Positions 63,510-64,000 of a stretch of 64,000 nucleotides of DNA are shown one piece after another (the stretch's first letter is position 1; every line of letters starts with the position of its first letter). The position numbers and the translations under genes are program-made. Origin of the DNA: Klebsormidium nitens. Its lineage: Eukaryota > Plantae > Klebsormidiophyceae. The DNA lies in assembly GCA_000708835.1 (NCBI GenBank), contig DF237353.1, positions 1-64,000 on the forward strand, read 5' to 3'. The notes under the pieces were generated by a model. It worked only from the letters and a program-made list of their open reading frames with translations. It made no database searches and was not told where the DNA came from.

Positions 63510-64000
63510 GTGAGCATATTCCCTTCCTCTTCTTTGGAGGATACTCTTTCTTTCTTCCGTTTTTGTTTCGAGTGCTTCGCATTTTGTGAGCGAACAACCC
63601 AGACTCTCGTCCCAGGAGTTTTAACGCTTCGTAGTTTCTTGTCAGCACAAAGAGACGAAGAACGAGCGCTTTCAGAGCCGGTCAATTTGTTCCTGGGATC
63701 TGCAACCCGCAAATTTGGCTTCGTTAGGTCCTCTGCGTGAACCTCGTCTCGTTTGATGCCCCCGGCAAAGTCTGGCCAATCCAATGTGCGACAGGTCCCC
63801 GTGTGACAGAAGGAGGAAGAGGAGCATGCCCTGACAATGTTAGGGCTGCGAACTGATTGACTTGACCTTTCGGACATCGACTCTTCAGCAGAGATCGCCG
63901 GAGTTTGAATGCGGAGACAAACGTGCCTTGGCAAAGAGAAACTTGAAGCGAGCAACCGCGGATTGGTCGACGCGAGAAGCATGCAGAGAGCTCGCAGGCG

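Overview
Intron-rich eukaryotic nuclear DNA from the green plant lineage (plant-type CDKB, nuclear-encoded plastid RPL18, ATG18b-type gene). The compact GT-AG intron style is consistent with a streptophyte alga such as Klebsormidium; this is inference, not verified. I assembled spliced models by hand from GT/AG junctions and protein motifs. In order: a decayed LINE reverse transcriptase (-), CDKB (+), a GH5 mannanase/mannosidase with apparent inactivating lesions (+), plastid RPL18 (-), MPS1 kinase with an N-terminal TPR-like domain (+), a PNRC/Edc1-motif protein (-), a TLDc protein (+), a small HSP with an HSE cluster (-), cyanase (+), a bacterial-type clade-3 catalase with 12 introns (-), an intronless MYND-finger protein (+), PUM24/Puf6 (-), and ATG18 (+, 3' end unresolved). 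The best unannotated signal is a canonical C/D-box snoRNA candidate in RPL18 intron 2, with an 11-nt guide matching conserved 18S rRNA. Other leads are the probably horizontally acquired catalase, decoy copies of exon starts inside the MPS1 and PUM24 introns, and a run of stress genes within five consecutive head-to-head gene pairs. rRNA and reference-protein comparisons are from memory and need database confirmation.
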